NCBI GenBank assembly: GCA_963843975.1
Contig: CAWJMG010000003.1
Span: forward strand, 2,340,001 to 2,372,000
Source of the DNA: an uncultured Actinomycetes bacterium
GTDB lineage: Bacteria > Actinomycetota > Actinomycetes > S36-B12 > CAIYMF01
Reading direction: 5' to 3'
Length of the DNA stretch: 32,000 bases
Positions 24,716 to 32,000 of the stretch are shown here, piece after piece (within the stretch, counting starts at the first letter, position 1; the number at the start of each line of letters is the position of its first letter). Both the position numbers and the translations under genes were made by a program. The notes beneath the pieces are model-generated. The model was not told the origin of the DNA and did not search any database. It saw nothing but the letters and a program-made list of their open reading frames with translations.

Positions 24716-26062
24716 GTGGCCGTCGTGCCCCTCGAGCCCGAACCCCGTCATCTGCGCGCCGCGCCTCCGCTCGCGCGGCCGCCCGGCCCTCGTCCGTCGC
24801 CGCGACGCGTCGCGGTGCTCTCGGTGCACACCTCGCCGCTCGACCAGCCGGGCACGGGGGACGCCGGCGGCATGAACGTGTACGTCACCGAGGTCGCCAC
24901 GCGGCTCGCCCGCCGCGGCGTGGAGGTCGACGTCTTCACCCGCGCCACCTCGCGCGACCTCCCGGCCAGCGTCGAGATGGCCCCCGGCGTGACCGTGCGG
25001 CACGTGACCGCCGGCCCGTTCCAGGGCCTGGCCAAGGAGGACCTCCCGGGCCAGCTGTGCGCGGTCGCGAACGGCGTCCTGCGCGTCGAGGCCATGCAGC
25101 CCGAGGGCTACTACGACCTCGTGCAGTCGCACTACTGGCTCTCGGGGCAGGTCGGCTACCTCGCCGCCGAGCGGTGGAACGTGCCTCTGGTGCACGCCAT
25201 GCACACCATGGCGAAGGTCAAGAACCTCACCCTGGCGGAGGGCGACCGCCCCGAGCCCGAGGGCCGCATCATCGGCGAGCAGCAGGTCGTGGACGCCTCC
25301 GACCGCATCCTGGCCAACACCGAGTCCGAGGCCTGCCAGCTGATCGATCTGTACGGCGCCTCGCCGTCGCGCGTCGCCGTCGTGCACCCGGGCGTCGACC
25401 TCGACGTGTTCACGCCCGTCGGCCGGGATCAGGCCCGGGCCCGCGTGGGGCTCCGCGAGGACGCCATGGTGCTGCTGTTCGTGGGCCGCATCCAGCCGCT
25501 CAAGGCGCCGGACGTGCTCGTGCGCGCCGTCGCGGCGATGGTGGCGCGCACGCCGTCGCTTCGGTCGTCGCTGCAGGTCGTCGTGTGCGGCGGCCCGTCG
25601 GGCTCCGGCCTCGAGCACCCGCACGCGCTGCAGGAGCTCGCCGTCTCGCTCGGCGTCGACGACCTCGTCAGGTTCGTCCCGCCGGTCGACCGCGTGCGCC
25701 TCGCCGACTGGTACCGCGCGGCCGACATCTGCGTGGTGCCGTCGTACTCCGAGTCGTTCGGGCTCGTCGCGGTCGAGGCGCAGGCGTGCGGCACCCCGGT
25801 CGTCGCCGCCCGCGTGGGGGGCCTGCCCACCGCGGTGGCCGACGGCGTGAGCGGTGTCCTGGTCGACGGCCACGACCCGGAGGAGTGGGCGGCGCGCCTG
25901 TGCGCGACCGTGGCGGACCGCGAGGCACTGACGCGCATGTCGCAGGCCGCGGTGGGTCACGCGGCGCGCTTCGGGTGGGACGCCACGACCGACTCGACCC
26001 TCGAGGTCTACCGCGACGCCCTGGCCGCGCGCAGCGCCCGCCTCGTCGTCGCCGGCAGCTGA
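24716..26062 (+). CDS. mshA: D-inositol-3-phosphate glycosyltransferase (mycothiol biosynthesis)
   Basis: [28 protein letters not shown] is the hallmark MshA N-terminus. GT4 C-terminal [20 protein letters not shown]. Start uncertain: GTG 24716 lies 9 nt after GAGGAG, with an alternative at GTG 24707. Confidence 0.9.
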   Translation: MAVVPLEPEPRHLRAAPPLARPPGPRPSPRRVAVLSVHTSPLDQPGTGDAGGMNVYVTEVATRLARRGVEVDVFTRATSRDLPASVEMAPGVTVRHVTAGPFQGLAKEDLPGQLCAVANGVLRVEAMQPEGYYDLVQSHYWLSGQVGYLAAERWNVPLVHAMHTMAKVKNLTLAEGDRPEPEGRIIGEQQVVDASDRILANTESEACQLIDLYGASPSRVAVVHPGVDLDVFTPVGRDQARARVGLREDAMVLLFVGRIQPLKAPDVLVRAVAAMVARTPSLRSSLQVVVCGGPSGSGLEHPHALQELAVSLGVDDLVRFVPPVDRVRLADWYRAADICVVPSYSESFGLVAVEAQACGTPVVAARVGGLPTAVADGVSGVLVDGHDPEEWAARLCATVADREALTRMSQAAVGHAARFGWDATTDSTLEVYRDALAARSARLVVAGS

Positions 26063-26073
26063 GCGGCCTCGCC

Positions 26074-26568
26074 ATGAGCGACGAGTCCTCGCCGGCGGAG
26101 GTCATCCGCGCGGTGCTCGCCGAGCACGAGCTCGAGGCCGAGGAGACCGCTCCGGGGCGCTTCGTCGTCGTCCTCCCGGGTGAGCGCAAGCAGAAGACCA
26201 CGTGCTCGCTCGTCGTCGGCGAGCACGCGCTCACCGTGCAGGCCTTCGTGGCACGGCACGTCGACGAGAACGCCGAGGCCGTCTACCGCTGGCTGCTCGA
26301 GCGCAACCTCGCGACGTACGGCGTCTCGTTCGCCGTCGACCACCTCGGCGACATCTACCTCACCGGCCGGCTCCCCCTCGGCTCGGTGACGCCGGACGAG
26401 GTCGACCGCATCCTCGGCTCGGTGCTGGAGTACGCCGACGGCTCGTTCAACACGATCCTCGAGATGGGCTTCGCGAGCGCCATCAAGCGCGAGCATGCGT
26501 GGCGCGTCAGCCGCGGCGAGTCCACCGCCAACCTGGCCGCCTTCACGAACCTGACCGACCACCCCTGA
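26074..26568 (+). CDS. YbjN-domain protein (Rv0487-like, conserved next to mshA)
   Basis: 164 aa from ATG 26074 (the in-frame tail of track ORF 25057..26568). ...[30 protein letters not shown]...YRWLLERNL... resembles the YbjN/putative sensory transduction family. Synteny supports the call. Confidence 0.7.
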   Translation: MSDESSPAEVIRAVLAEHELEAEETAPGRFVVVLPGERKQKTTCSLVVGEHALTVQAFVARHVDENAEAVYRWLLERNLATYGVSFAVDHLGDIYLTGRLPLGSVTPDEVDRILGSVLEYADGSFNTILEMGFASAIKREHAWRVSRGESTANLAAFTNLTDHP

Positions 26569-26579
26569 CCTTCCGTTTT

Positions 26580-26635
26580 CGCCCCTTAGGGTCACAAAGC
26601 GCCCTTCAGGGGCACTTTCGCGTCCACAACTCCGG
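26580..26635 (+). repeat. 56-nt intergenic element, copy A (CGCCCCTTAGGGTCACAAAGCGCCCTTCAGGGGCACTTTCGCGTCCACAACTCCGG)
   Basis: Matches the reverse complement of 30890..30945 at 49/56 positions without gaps, including a perfect 17-mer CGCGTCCACAACTCCGG and a perfect 16-mer CGCCCCTTAGGGTCAC. Ends 52 nt upstream of the gpmA ATG and is co-oriented with it. Confidence 0.85.
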
Positions 26636-26686
26636 TTCTCTGACCAGCCTGACCGTGCGCCCACCGGCTGCGGCAGGATGGTGCTC

Positions 26687-27445
26687 ATGAGCGACGCGCC
26701 GTACACCCTGATCCTGCTCCGCCACGGCGAGAGCGAGTGGAACGCCAAGAACCTCTTCACCGGCTGGGTCGACGTCGACCTCAACGAGAAGGGCGAGCGC
26801 GAGGCCCTGCGCGGCGGCGAGCTCCTCAAGGAGTCAGGCCTGCTGCCCGACCTCGTCCACACGAGCCTCCTGCGCCGCGCGATCCGCACCAGCCAGATCG
26901 CGCTCGACGCCGCCGACCGCCACTGGATCCCGGTCACCCGCAACTGGCGCCTCAACGAGCGCCACTACGGCGCCCTGCAGGGCAAGGACAAGAAGGCCAC
27001 CCTCGCGGCGTACGGCGAGGAGCAGTTCATGCTGTGGCGCCGGTCGTACGACGTCCCGCCGCCCGCCATCGAGTCCGACGACGAGTTCGCGCAGACGCAC
27101 GACCCGCGCTACGCGTGGATGCCGCCGGAGATCCTGCCCGCGACCGAGTGCCTGAAGGACGTCGTCCACCGCCTGCTGCCGTACTGGGAGGACGTCATCG
27201 TCCCCGACCTGCGCACCGGCAAGGTCGTGCTCGTCGCCGCGCACGGCAACTCGCTGCGTGCGCTGGTGAAGCACCTCGACGGCATCTCGGACGCCGACAT
27301 CGCCGGCCTCAACATCCCCACCGGCATCCCGCTGGTGTACCGCCTCGACAGCAACCTCAAGCCGACCGTCCCCGGCGGCGAATACCTCGACCCGGAGGCT
27401 GCCGCGACCGCTGCCGCCGCAGTGGCCAACCAGGGCAAGGCCTGA
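26687..27445 (+). CDS. gpmA: 2,3-bisphosphoglycerate-dependent phosphoglycerate mutase
   Basis: [27 protein letters not shown] (RHGE motif), [19 protein letters not shown]. Start set at ATG 26687; track ATG 26678 is an alternative. Confidence 0.93.
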   Translation: MSDAPYTLILLRHGESEWNAKNLFTGWVDVDLNEKGEREALRGGELLKESGLLPDLVHTSLLRRAIRTSQIALDAADRHWIPVTRNWRLNERHYGALQGKDKKATLAAYGEEQFMLWRRSYDVPPPAIESDDEFAQTHDPRYAWMPPEILPATECLKDVVHRLLPYWEDVIVPDLRTGKVVLVAAHGNSLRALVKHLDGISDADIAGLNIPTGIPLVYRLDSNLKPTVPGGEYLDPEAAATAAAAVANQGKA

Positions 27446-27457
27446 TCCAGCACGCGT

Positions 27458-27504
27458 ACGACGAGGGCCCGCGACCGCTCCGGCGGAACGCGGGCCCTCG
27501 TCGT
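27458..27504 (+). terminator. Stem-loop ACGACGAGGGCCCGCG-N15-CGCGGGCCCTCGTCGT after gpmA
   Basis: Perfect 16-bp stem starting 13 nt after the stop. Read directly. Confidence 0.7.
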
Positions 27505-27604
27505 CGCGTCCGATAGGTGACGACCTCCAGCATTCCCGCCGGAGGACGTCGCCACCGGAGGCCCGTCAGTGCCAAGGTGGGACCACCTACCTCGGGGAGT
27601 GGCC

Positions 27605-28819
27605 ATGCGCCGACTGTCGTTCGCTCTCGTGCCGGCGATGGTCGCCGGCCTCCTCGTGATCGGTGCGGGTCCCGCCTCCGCCGACACCACGATCGTGTCG
27701 AAGACCGGCCTGCCCGCAGGGTGGACCTTCACGAACTTCCGGTACGACGGCAAACCCGGCGACTCGACGTACCAGCACGTCGAAGGCCCGGCAGGCGTGC
27801 CCACCGGGATCGGCAGCCTCCAGCTGAACCACGGGCTGCACACCTTCAAGATGGACCTGCACTTCACGACGGGCGTCGCCACGCCCGCCGCCGACATGAC
27901 GACGTACGAGATCACCTACCGCTCGACGACGACGTTCAACGTCGACCTCGGCTTCACCGCGCCCGGCATGGACGCGTCGGCAGTGGCGAAGGTGGAGCTT
28001 CCCGCGAGCGACACCTGGACCACGGTCGACCTGCTCGCGGAGCCGATCCACGTGCTGGTCGATCCGCACTTCTCGGAGATCCCAGGAAGCCCCTTCACAT
28101 GGGCGGCCCTGAAGACGGCGTTCCCAGGCGGCTCCATGGGGTCGGGCACCATCGAGGTGTGGACTCAGAAGACCGACACGGTCTGGCTCGACACCGTCCG
28201 CTTCGGCTCGGCCGGCGCGGTCACGACGTGGGACTTCGACACCGACCTGATCCCCGTGATCACCTCCAGCACCGCCACGGTGTCGCTCAAGGCCGGCGCG
28301 TCGACACCCCTGTCGGGGCGCGTCAAGCGGCCGTCGGGCGACCCGATCGCGTCGCTGCCCGTGGACCTGTGGACCAAGGTCTGGGGCACCGGCACCTGGG
28401 TGAAGGCGCAGACGGTGCTGACCGGTGCGGACGGCGCGTTCACCACGACATTCACACCCGTGAAGCAGACCTACGTGCAGTGGCGGGTGAACCAGAGCGG
28501 CTACGCCGAGGCGATCTCAGCGACCCGACGCGTGGACGTCACGACCAAGATCTGGGCCACCCCCGCGGATACGACGGTGTCGCGCCCGGATCGCGTGCGC
28601 ATCTTCGGCAAGGTCGCACCGAACCTCGCCGGCACGACCGTCACGCTGCGCCGGGTCGGCTCGACGACCGCACTGGCGACGGCGACGATCAAGGCAGACT
28701 CGACGTACGGGGTCAGCGCGCTCCTGCCGCGCGGCACGTGGACCGTGTACGTGACCACGCAGTCCGGTGGAGGGCTGATCGGCGGCAAGTCCGCGGGCAT
28801 CAAGGTCGTCGTCAGCTGA
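27605..28819 (+). CDS. Secreted hypothetical protein with C-terminal tandem beta-sandwich (Ig/CarboxypepD_reg-like) repeats
   Basis: ORF 27569..28819. Start set at ATG 27605 after GGGGAG. Signal peptide MRRLSFALVPAMVAGLLVIGAGPASA. Thr/Val/Trp-rich beta-strand composition. No catalytic motif recognised. Confidence 0.65.
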   Translation: MRRLSFALVPAMVAGLLVIGAGPASADTTIVSKTGLPAGWTFTNFRYDGKPGDSTYQHVEGPAGVPTGIGSLQLNHGLHTFKMDLHFTTGVATPAADMTTYEITYRSTTTFNVDLGFTAPGMDASAVAKVELPASDTWTTVDLLAEPIHVLVDPHFSEIPGSPFTWAALKTAFPGGSMGSGTIEVWTQKTDTVWLDTVRFGSAGAVTTWDFDTDLIPVITSSTATVSLKAGASTPLSGRVKRPSGDPIASLPVDLWTKVWGTGTWVKAQTVLTGADGAFTTTFTPVKQTYVQWRVNQSGYAEAISATRRVDVTTKIWATPADTTVSRPDRVRIFGKVAPNLAGTTVTLRRVGSTTALATATIKADSTYGVSALLPRGTWTVYVTTQSGGGLIGGKSAGIKVVVS

Positions 28820-28867
28820 GACAACCGTGCACCTGCACTGCGGCCTGCGCGGCGGCAGGATGACGCC

Positions 28868-29584
28868 ATGACCGAGCGCCTCGACCTGGCCGACTCCACC
28901 CTGCGCGAGTGGGACGCCGTCGTCCTGGACTCCGACCGCGAGACGGGCATCGTGCTCGACCGCAGCGCCTTCTACCCGGGTGGCGGCGGCCAGCCGCCGG
29001 ACCACGGCGTGCTGCTGTGGGGAGGCGTCCAGACCCGCATCGTCGGTGCCCTGAAGGGCGACGACGTCCGCCTGGTCGCGCACGACGACGATCCGCTGCC
29101 GCCCGTCGGCACGGGGGTGCGCGGCGCGATCGAGGACGGCCGGCGTACGGCGCTGATGCGCACGCACTCGGGCCTGCACCTGCTGTCGGGCGTGGTCTTC
29201 CGCGACTTCGGCGCGCTCGTTACCGGCGGCAACATGGAGCCGCTCGAGGCTCGGCTCGACTTCAACCTCGAGAGCGTGCCCGAGGGCTTCCGCGACGCGA
29301 TCGAGGCGGCGTGCAACCTCGAGGTCGACGCCGACCGCGCGATCTCGGCGTACGAGCTGCCGCGCGAGGAGGCGTTCGCGATCCCCGACATCATCCGGAC
29401 GGCGACCAACCTGCTGCCGCCGACGATCGAGATCGTGCGGATCGTCGACATCTCGGGCCTCGACGTCCAGGCCGACGGCGGCACGCACGTGGCGTCGACG
29501 CGCCAGATCGGTGCGATGCGCGTGGTCAAGATCGAGAACAAGGGCAAGGGATTCCGCCGCATCCGCATCGCCCTCGAGCCCTGA
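28868..29584 (+). CDS. alaX: Alanyl-tRNA editing protein (AlaX-M type, tRNA_SAD domain)
   Basis: 238 aa. FYPGGGGQPPDHG, the zinc/editing motifs HSGLHLL and ADGGTHV, and VKIENKGKGFRRIRI. Resembles free-standing AlaRS editing domains. Confidence 0.8.
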   Translation: MTERLDLADSTLREWDAVVLDSDRETGIVLDRSAFYPGGGGQPPDHGVLLWGGVQTRIVGALKGDDVRLVAHDDDPLPPVGTGVRGAIEDGRRTALMRTHSGLHLLSGVVFRDFGALVTGGNMEPLEARLDFNLESVPEGFRDAIEAACNLEVDADRAISAYELPREEAFAIPDIIRTATNLLPPTIEIVRIVDISGLDVQADGGTHVASTRQIGAMRVVKIENKGKGFRRIRIALEP

Positions 29585-29630
29585 CCCGAACCGCACAGAT
29601 CTTCCCTTAGGGAAGGAAGGCGCAGTTCAA

Positions 29631-29665
29631 CTTCACGATTCCTCCCTAAGGGAAGAATCGTGAAG
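29631..29665. terminator. AT-rich hairpin CTTCACGATTC-N13-GAATCGTGAAG between the convergent alaX and GNAT genes
   Basis: Perfect 11-bp arms. The loop contains TCCCTAAGGGA. Lies 4 nt from the GNAT stop and 47 nt from the alaX stop. Confidence 0.55.
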
Positions 29666-29668
29666 CGG

Positions 29669-30208
29669 TCAGAGGCGCAGGACGTGGTCGATCAGCTCGG
29701 TGCCGTACCACTCGGTGGTCGGGCCCAGCCGGGTCATGCCGAGGCGGTCGCAGACGGCGAGGGACCGCGCGTTGTCGGCGTACACCACGGCGTGCACCTC
29801 GGTGAGGCCGTGAGTGCGCGCCTGGTCGAGCAGTGCGCGCGCAGCCTCCGTCGCGATGCCGAAGCCCCACGCGGCGGGGTGGAGATGCCAGCCCACCTCG
29901 AGCGCGTCGGAGCCCACGCCATCAGAGCGGGTGAGCGGAAGCAGCAGCACCGTCCCGCACGGCTGCGGCGAGATCCCCTGCACGCCAGGGGTTTCCACCG
30001 CCCAGAGACCGTCGAGCGGGGCGGTCGGAGGCGTGCTCCACCGCTGGATGCGGGCTCGCGCTGCATCGAGGTCGACGCACGGGGCGGGCGTCGCCCCGAG
30101 CCATCGGTAGACCTCCTCGCGCGAGTAGATGTCGAGGACGGCCTCGGCGTCGTCCTCGGTCCAGGACCGCAGCAGCAGGCGGTCGGTCGTGAGCGTGGGC
30201 GACGGCAT
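29669..30208 (-). CDS. GNAT family N-acetyltransferase (RimJ/RimL-like)
   Basis: Start set at ATG 30208 (MPSPTLTTDRLLLRSWTEDDAEAVLDIYS...). EVGWHLHPAAWGFGIATEAARALL is the acetyl-CoA binding region. The track ORF 29669..30676 is over-extended. Confidence 0.85.
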   Translation of the reverse strand: MPSPTLTTDRLLLRSWTEDDAEAVLDIYSREEVYRWLGATPAPCVDLDAARARIQRWSTPPTAPLDGLWAVETPGVQGISPQPCGTVLLLPLTRSDGVGSDALEVGWHLHPAAWGFGIATEAARALLDQARTHGLTEVHAVVYADNARSLAVCDRLGMTRLGPTTEWYGTELIDHVLRL

Positions 30209-30267
30209 GCGTCGATCTTGCGCCGTGCGCCGACCCAGCGTCAGGCGTTCGCGAGCACCGGCTCGCG

Positions 30268-30819
30268 TCAGCCCTTGGGGGCGTCGCCGGCGAGGTCGGC
30301 CACGGCCGTGCGGAACTCGGCGTCGACGTCGGCGCCGAACAGCACGAAGCGGATCACGTCGAACGCGTCCGGGTGCTCGCGCGCATAGGCGCGCGCCGCG
30401 CGTACGGCGACAGGTGCCGCCTCGGCAGCGGGATAGCCGAAGATGCCGCACGAGATCGCGGGAAAGGCGATGGTGCGCGCGCCGAGGTGGTGCGCGACCT
30501 CGAGCGAACGCCGGTGGCAGGAGGTCAGCTGCGTCTCCTCGTGGCCGTGCGGCTCTCGGTAGCGCGGCCCGACGGTGTGCACGACCCAGCGTGCAGGCAG
30601 TCGGCCGGCGGTCGTCACCACGGCTTCGCCGACGGGGAGGCCGTCCGGCCACGTCGTGCGCCGCACCTCCTCGCACGCGCGGAGGATGGCATCGCCACCA
30701 CGCGCGTGGATCGCACCGTCGACTCCCCCGCCGCCGAGCAAGGTGCTGTTGGCCGCGTTCACGATCACGTCGACGTGCTGCTCGGTGAGGTCACCGCGTT
30801 CGGTCTCGATGAGCGTCAT
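30268..30819 (-). CDS. Macro domain protein (O-acetyl-ADP-ribose deacetylase / MacroD-YmdB type)
   Basis: Start set at ATG 30819, 7 nt after GGAGG (MTLIETERGDLTEQHVDVIVNAANSTLLGGGGVDGAIHARGG...AFPAISCGIFGYP). Canonical macro domain motifs. Confidence 0.88.
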   Translation of the reverse strand: MTLIETERGDLTEQHVDVIVNAANSTLLGGGGVDGAIHARGGDAILRACEEVRRTTWPDGLPVGEAVVTTAGRLPARWVVHTVGPRYREPHGHEETQLTSCHRRSLEVAHHLGARTIAFPAISCGIFGYPAAEAAPVAVRAARAYAREHPDAFDVIRFVLFGADVDAEFRTAVADLAGDAPKG

Positions 30820-30889
30820 CGCCGTACCTCCTGCTCCCCGCCATCCTCGCGCGGGTGCGGCACAGATGGGTGGTCGATGCCGACGTCGG

Positions 30890-30945
30890 CCGGAGTTGTG
30901 GACGCGAGGAGTCCCTTGAAGGGCGCTTCGTGACCCTAAGGGGCG
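30890..30945 (-). repeat. 56-nt intergenic element, copy B (inverted relative to copy A)
   Basis: The reverse complement reads CGCCCCTTAGGGTCACGAAGCGCCCTTCAAGGGACTCCTCGCGTCCACAACTCCGG. It ends 71 nt upstream of the macro-domain ATG (30819) and is co-oriented with it. Its 5' 10 nt overlap the end of the methyltransferase CDS and supply that gene's TAG stop (30936-30938). Confidence 0.85.
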
Positions 30946-31742
30946 GAATCGGCCGGGGCGACGTGCGACCAGGGGATGGTCAGCTCGCCGAGGCGCCAGC
31001 GCGACGGGCCGTCGAGCAGGGGCACGCCGGCCTCGCGCAGGGAGCGCACCGCGGTGATCCACCGCTGCCGCACGCCGAAGGATCCCTGGGGCGCTGCCGC
31101 GGCCCAGGCCCGGTCGAGCTGCTGCAGGAACGCGTGCACCGGCTCGCCCGGCACGTTGCGGTGGATGAGCGCCTTGGGCAGCCGCTCGGCGAGGTCGGAC
31201 GGCCGCTCGAGCCCGGCGAGGCGGGTCGAGAGGGTCAGCGACTCGGGCACCGCGGCACCGGCGCGCAGCAGCACCCACCACGCGTGCCGGCCGAGCTCGT
31301 CGCAGGTGCCCTCGACGAGGGCGCCGTCCGGTGCGAGCCGAGCGGCCATCGTGCGCCAGGCGGCCGCGACCTCGCCCTCGTCGTACTGCCGCAGCACGTT
31401 GAACGCACGCAGCACGACGGGCGACCGTCCGTCGAGCGGCACCTCGAACCCGCCCCGCCGGAACGACAGCGTGCCGTCGGCGTACGGCGCGGCCGCGGCC
31501 ACGCGGGCAGGGTCGATCTCGATGCCGACCACCTCGACGTCGGGCCGCACGGCACGCAGACGATCGCGGAGGTCGAGCGGCGTCCACGCAGCAGCGCCGT
31601 AGCCGAGGTCGACGACGACGGGGTCGGCGGATGCGCGCAACGGTGCGGCCAGCGCATGCGCGATCCAACGGTCGACGCGGCGCAGCCGGTTGGGGTGGGT
31701 GGTGCCGCGCGTGATCGTGCCCAGCGGGCGCGGCGGCGTCAC
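30936..31742 (-). CDS. Class I SAM-dependent methyltransferase
   Basis: Motif I VVDLGYGAAAWT, then VVGIEIDP and ..AFNVLRQY.. Start set at GTG 31742 (just after the upstream gene stop). The track ORF start at 31850 would overlap the upstream membrane gene. Confidence 0.75.
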   Translation of the reverse strand: MTPPRPLGTITRGTTHPNRLRRVDRWIAHALAAPLRASADPVVVDLGYGAAAWTPLDLRDRLRAVRPDVEVVGIEIDPARVAAAAPYADGTLSFRRGGFEVPLDGRSPVVLRAFNVLRQYDEGEVAAAWRTMAARLAPDGALVEGTCDELGRHAWWVLLRAGAAVPESLTLSTRLAGLERPSDLAERLPKALIHRNVPGEPVHAFLQQLDRAWAAAAPQGSFGVRQRWITAVRSLREAGVPLLDGPSRWRLGELTIPWSHVAPADSAP

Positions 31743-31746
31743 GCGG

Positions 31747-32000
31747 TCAGTAGCGCGGGCCGCGCGTGACCTGCGCCAGCTTGGTGCGGGCGTCGACGAG
31801 GTAGACGATCGCGGCGACGATGCCGACGAGACCGAGGAAGCCGAGCGCACCGGCAGTCGGGAAGCCGATGAGCGCGAGCGCCCCGCCGCCGATCACCGGG
31901 AAGAGCAGCTGGGCAGCGAGACCGCCGCCGGTGATGCCGAGCCACTGCCCCTTGGTGAGGCGGCCGATGGCGGCGTACGCCTGCCTCGAGTAGCGCAGTG
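31747..32000 (-). CDS. Hypothetical membrane protein (partial, N-terminus beyond right edge)
   Basis: My own translation of the minus strand gives ..LRYSRQAYAAIGRLTKGQWLGITGGGLAAQLLFPVIGGGALALIGFPTAGALGFLGLVGIVAAIVYLVDARTKLAQVTRGPRY*. Strong GC3 bias and two hydrophobic helices. Not in the ORF track because there is no start in the window. Confidence 0.6.
   Translation of the reverse strand, partial: LRYSRQAYAAIGRLTKGQWLGITGGGLAAQLLFPVIGGGALALIGFPTAGALGFLGLVGIVAAIVYLVDARTKLAQVTRGPRY

Noticed and set aside
26586-26591. TTAGGG / CCCTAA hexamers (telomere-like) in the 56-nt element and at 29606 and 29645
   Set aside because: They are single, non-tandem occurrences embedded in small palindromes. 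There is no telomeric repeat structure.
21629-27473. The two terminators at 21627-21674 and 27458-27504 share CGTACGACGA(A/G)GGCCC in their left arms
   Set aside because: There are only two copies, and both are fully explained as intrinsic terminators. GAAGGCCCC-type stems are common in GC-rich actinobacteria. I cannot distinguish a repeat family from convergence without a genome-wide search.

Overview
Very GC-rich (by eye over 70%) chromosomal window with actinobacterial gene content. I call about 35 protein genes. I saw no rRNA, tRNA, CRISPR array, transposase or integrase. All calls come from reading the supplied ORF translations and the DNA; no searches were run, so family names rest on motifs I recognise.

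Gene content, left to right:
- A divergent TetR / membrane-protein pair with two palindromic operators.
- An SRPBCC-ArsR pair behind an array of TGCAAC inverted repeats.
- A RipA-like coiled-coil NlpC/P60 hydrolase, kynureninase, and otsA-otsB. otsB carries an apparent 1-nt insertion.
- An orphan MsiK-type sugar ABC ATPase with a 150-nt leader, a DUF4032 kinase-like protein, and a CPA2-type antiporter.
- A minus-strand housekeeping block: rlmB-cysS-[PPOX, TPR-TM, TPR-TM, AAA+]-ispF-ispD-PIN/TRAM-carD.
- An LpqE-like lipoprotein, and phoR/senX3-phoP/regX3 divergent from phoU with PHO-box-like repeats between them.
- mshA, a YbjN-like gene, gpmA, a secreted beta-sandwich protein, AlaX, a GNAT, a macro-domain protein, a methyltransferase, and a partial membrane protein.

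Main candidates for something new:
1. A translationally coupled three-gene module sits in a variable slot of the conserved ispDF-cysS-rlmB block. It encodes a single-cassette AAA+ ATPase with a TPR/MIT-like N-domain and two paralogous TPR proteins with C-terminal membrane anchors. All three proteins open with the same TPR-like module, and one paralog is frameshifted.
2. A 56-nt element occurs in two inverted copies at 49/56 identity. Each copy sits 50-70 nt upstream of, and co-oriented with, a gene start (gpmA and the macro-domain gene). A related CCCTWAGGG cluster lies between the two copies.

Many long ORFs in the track are antisense or off-frame artefacts of the high GC content and were rejected.
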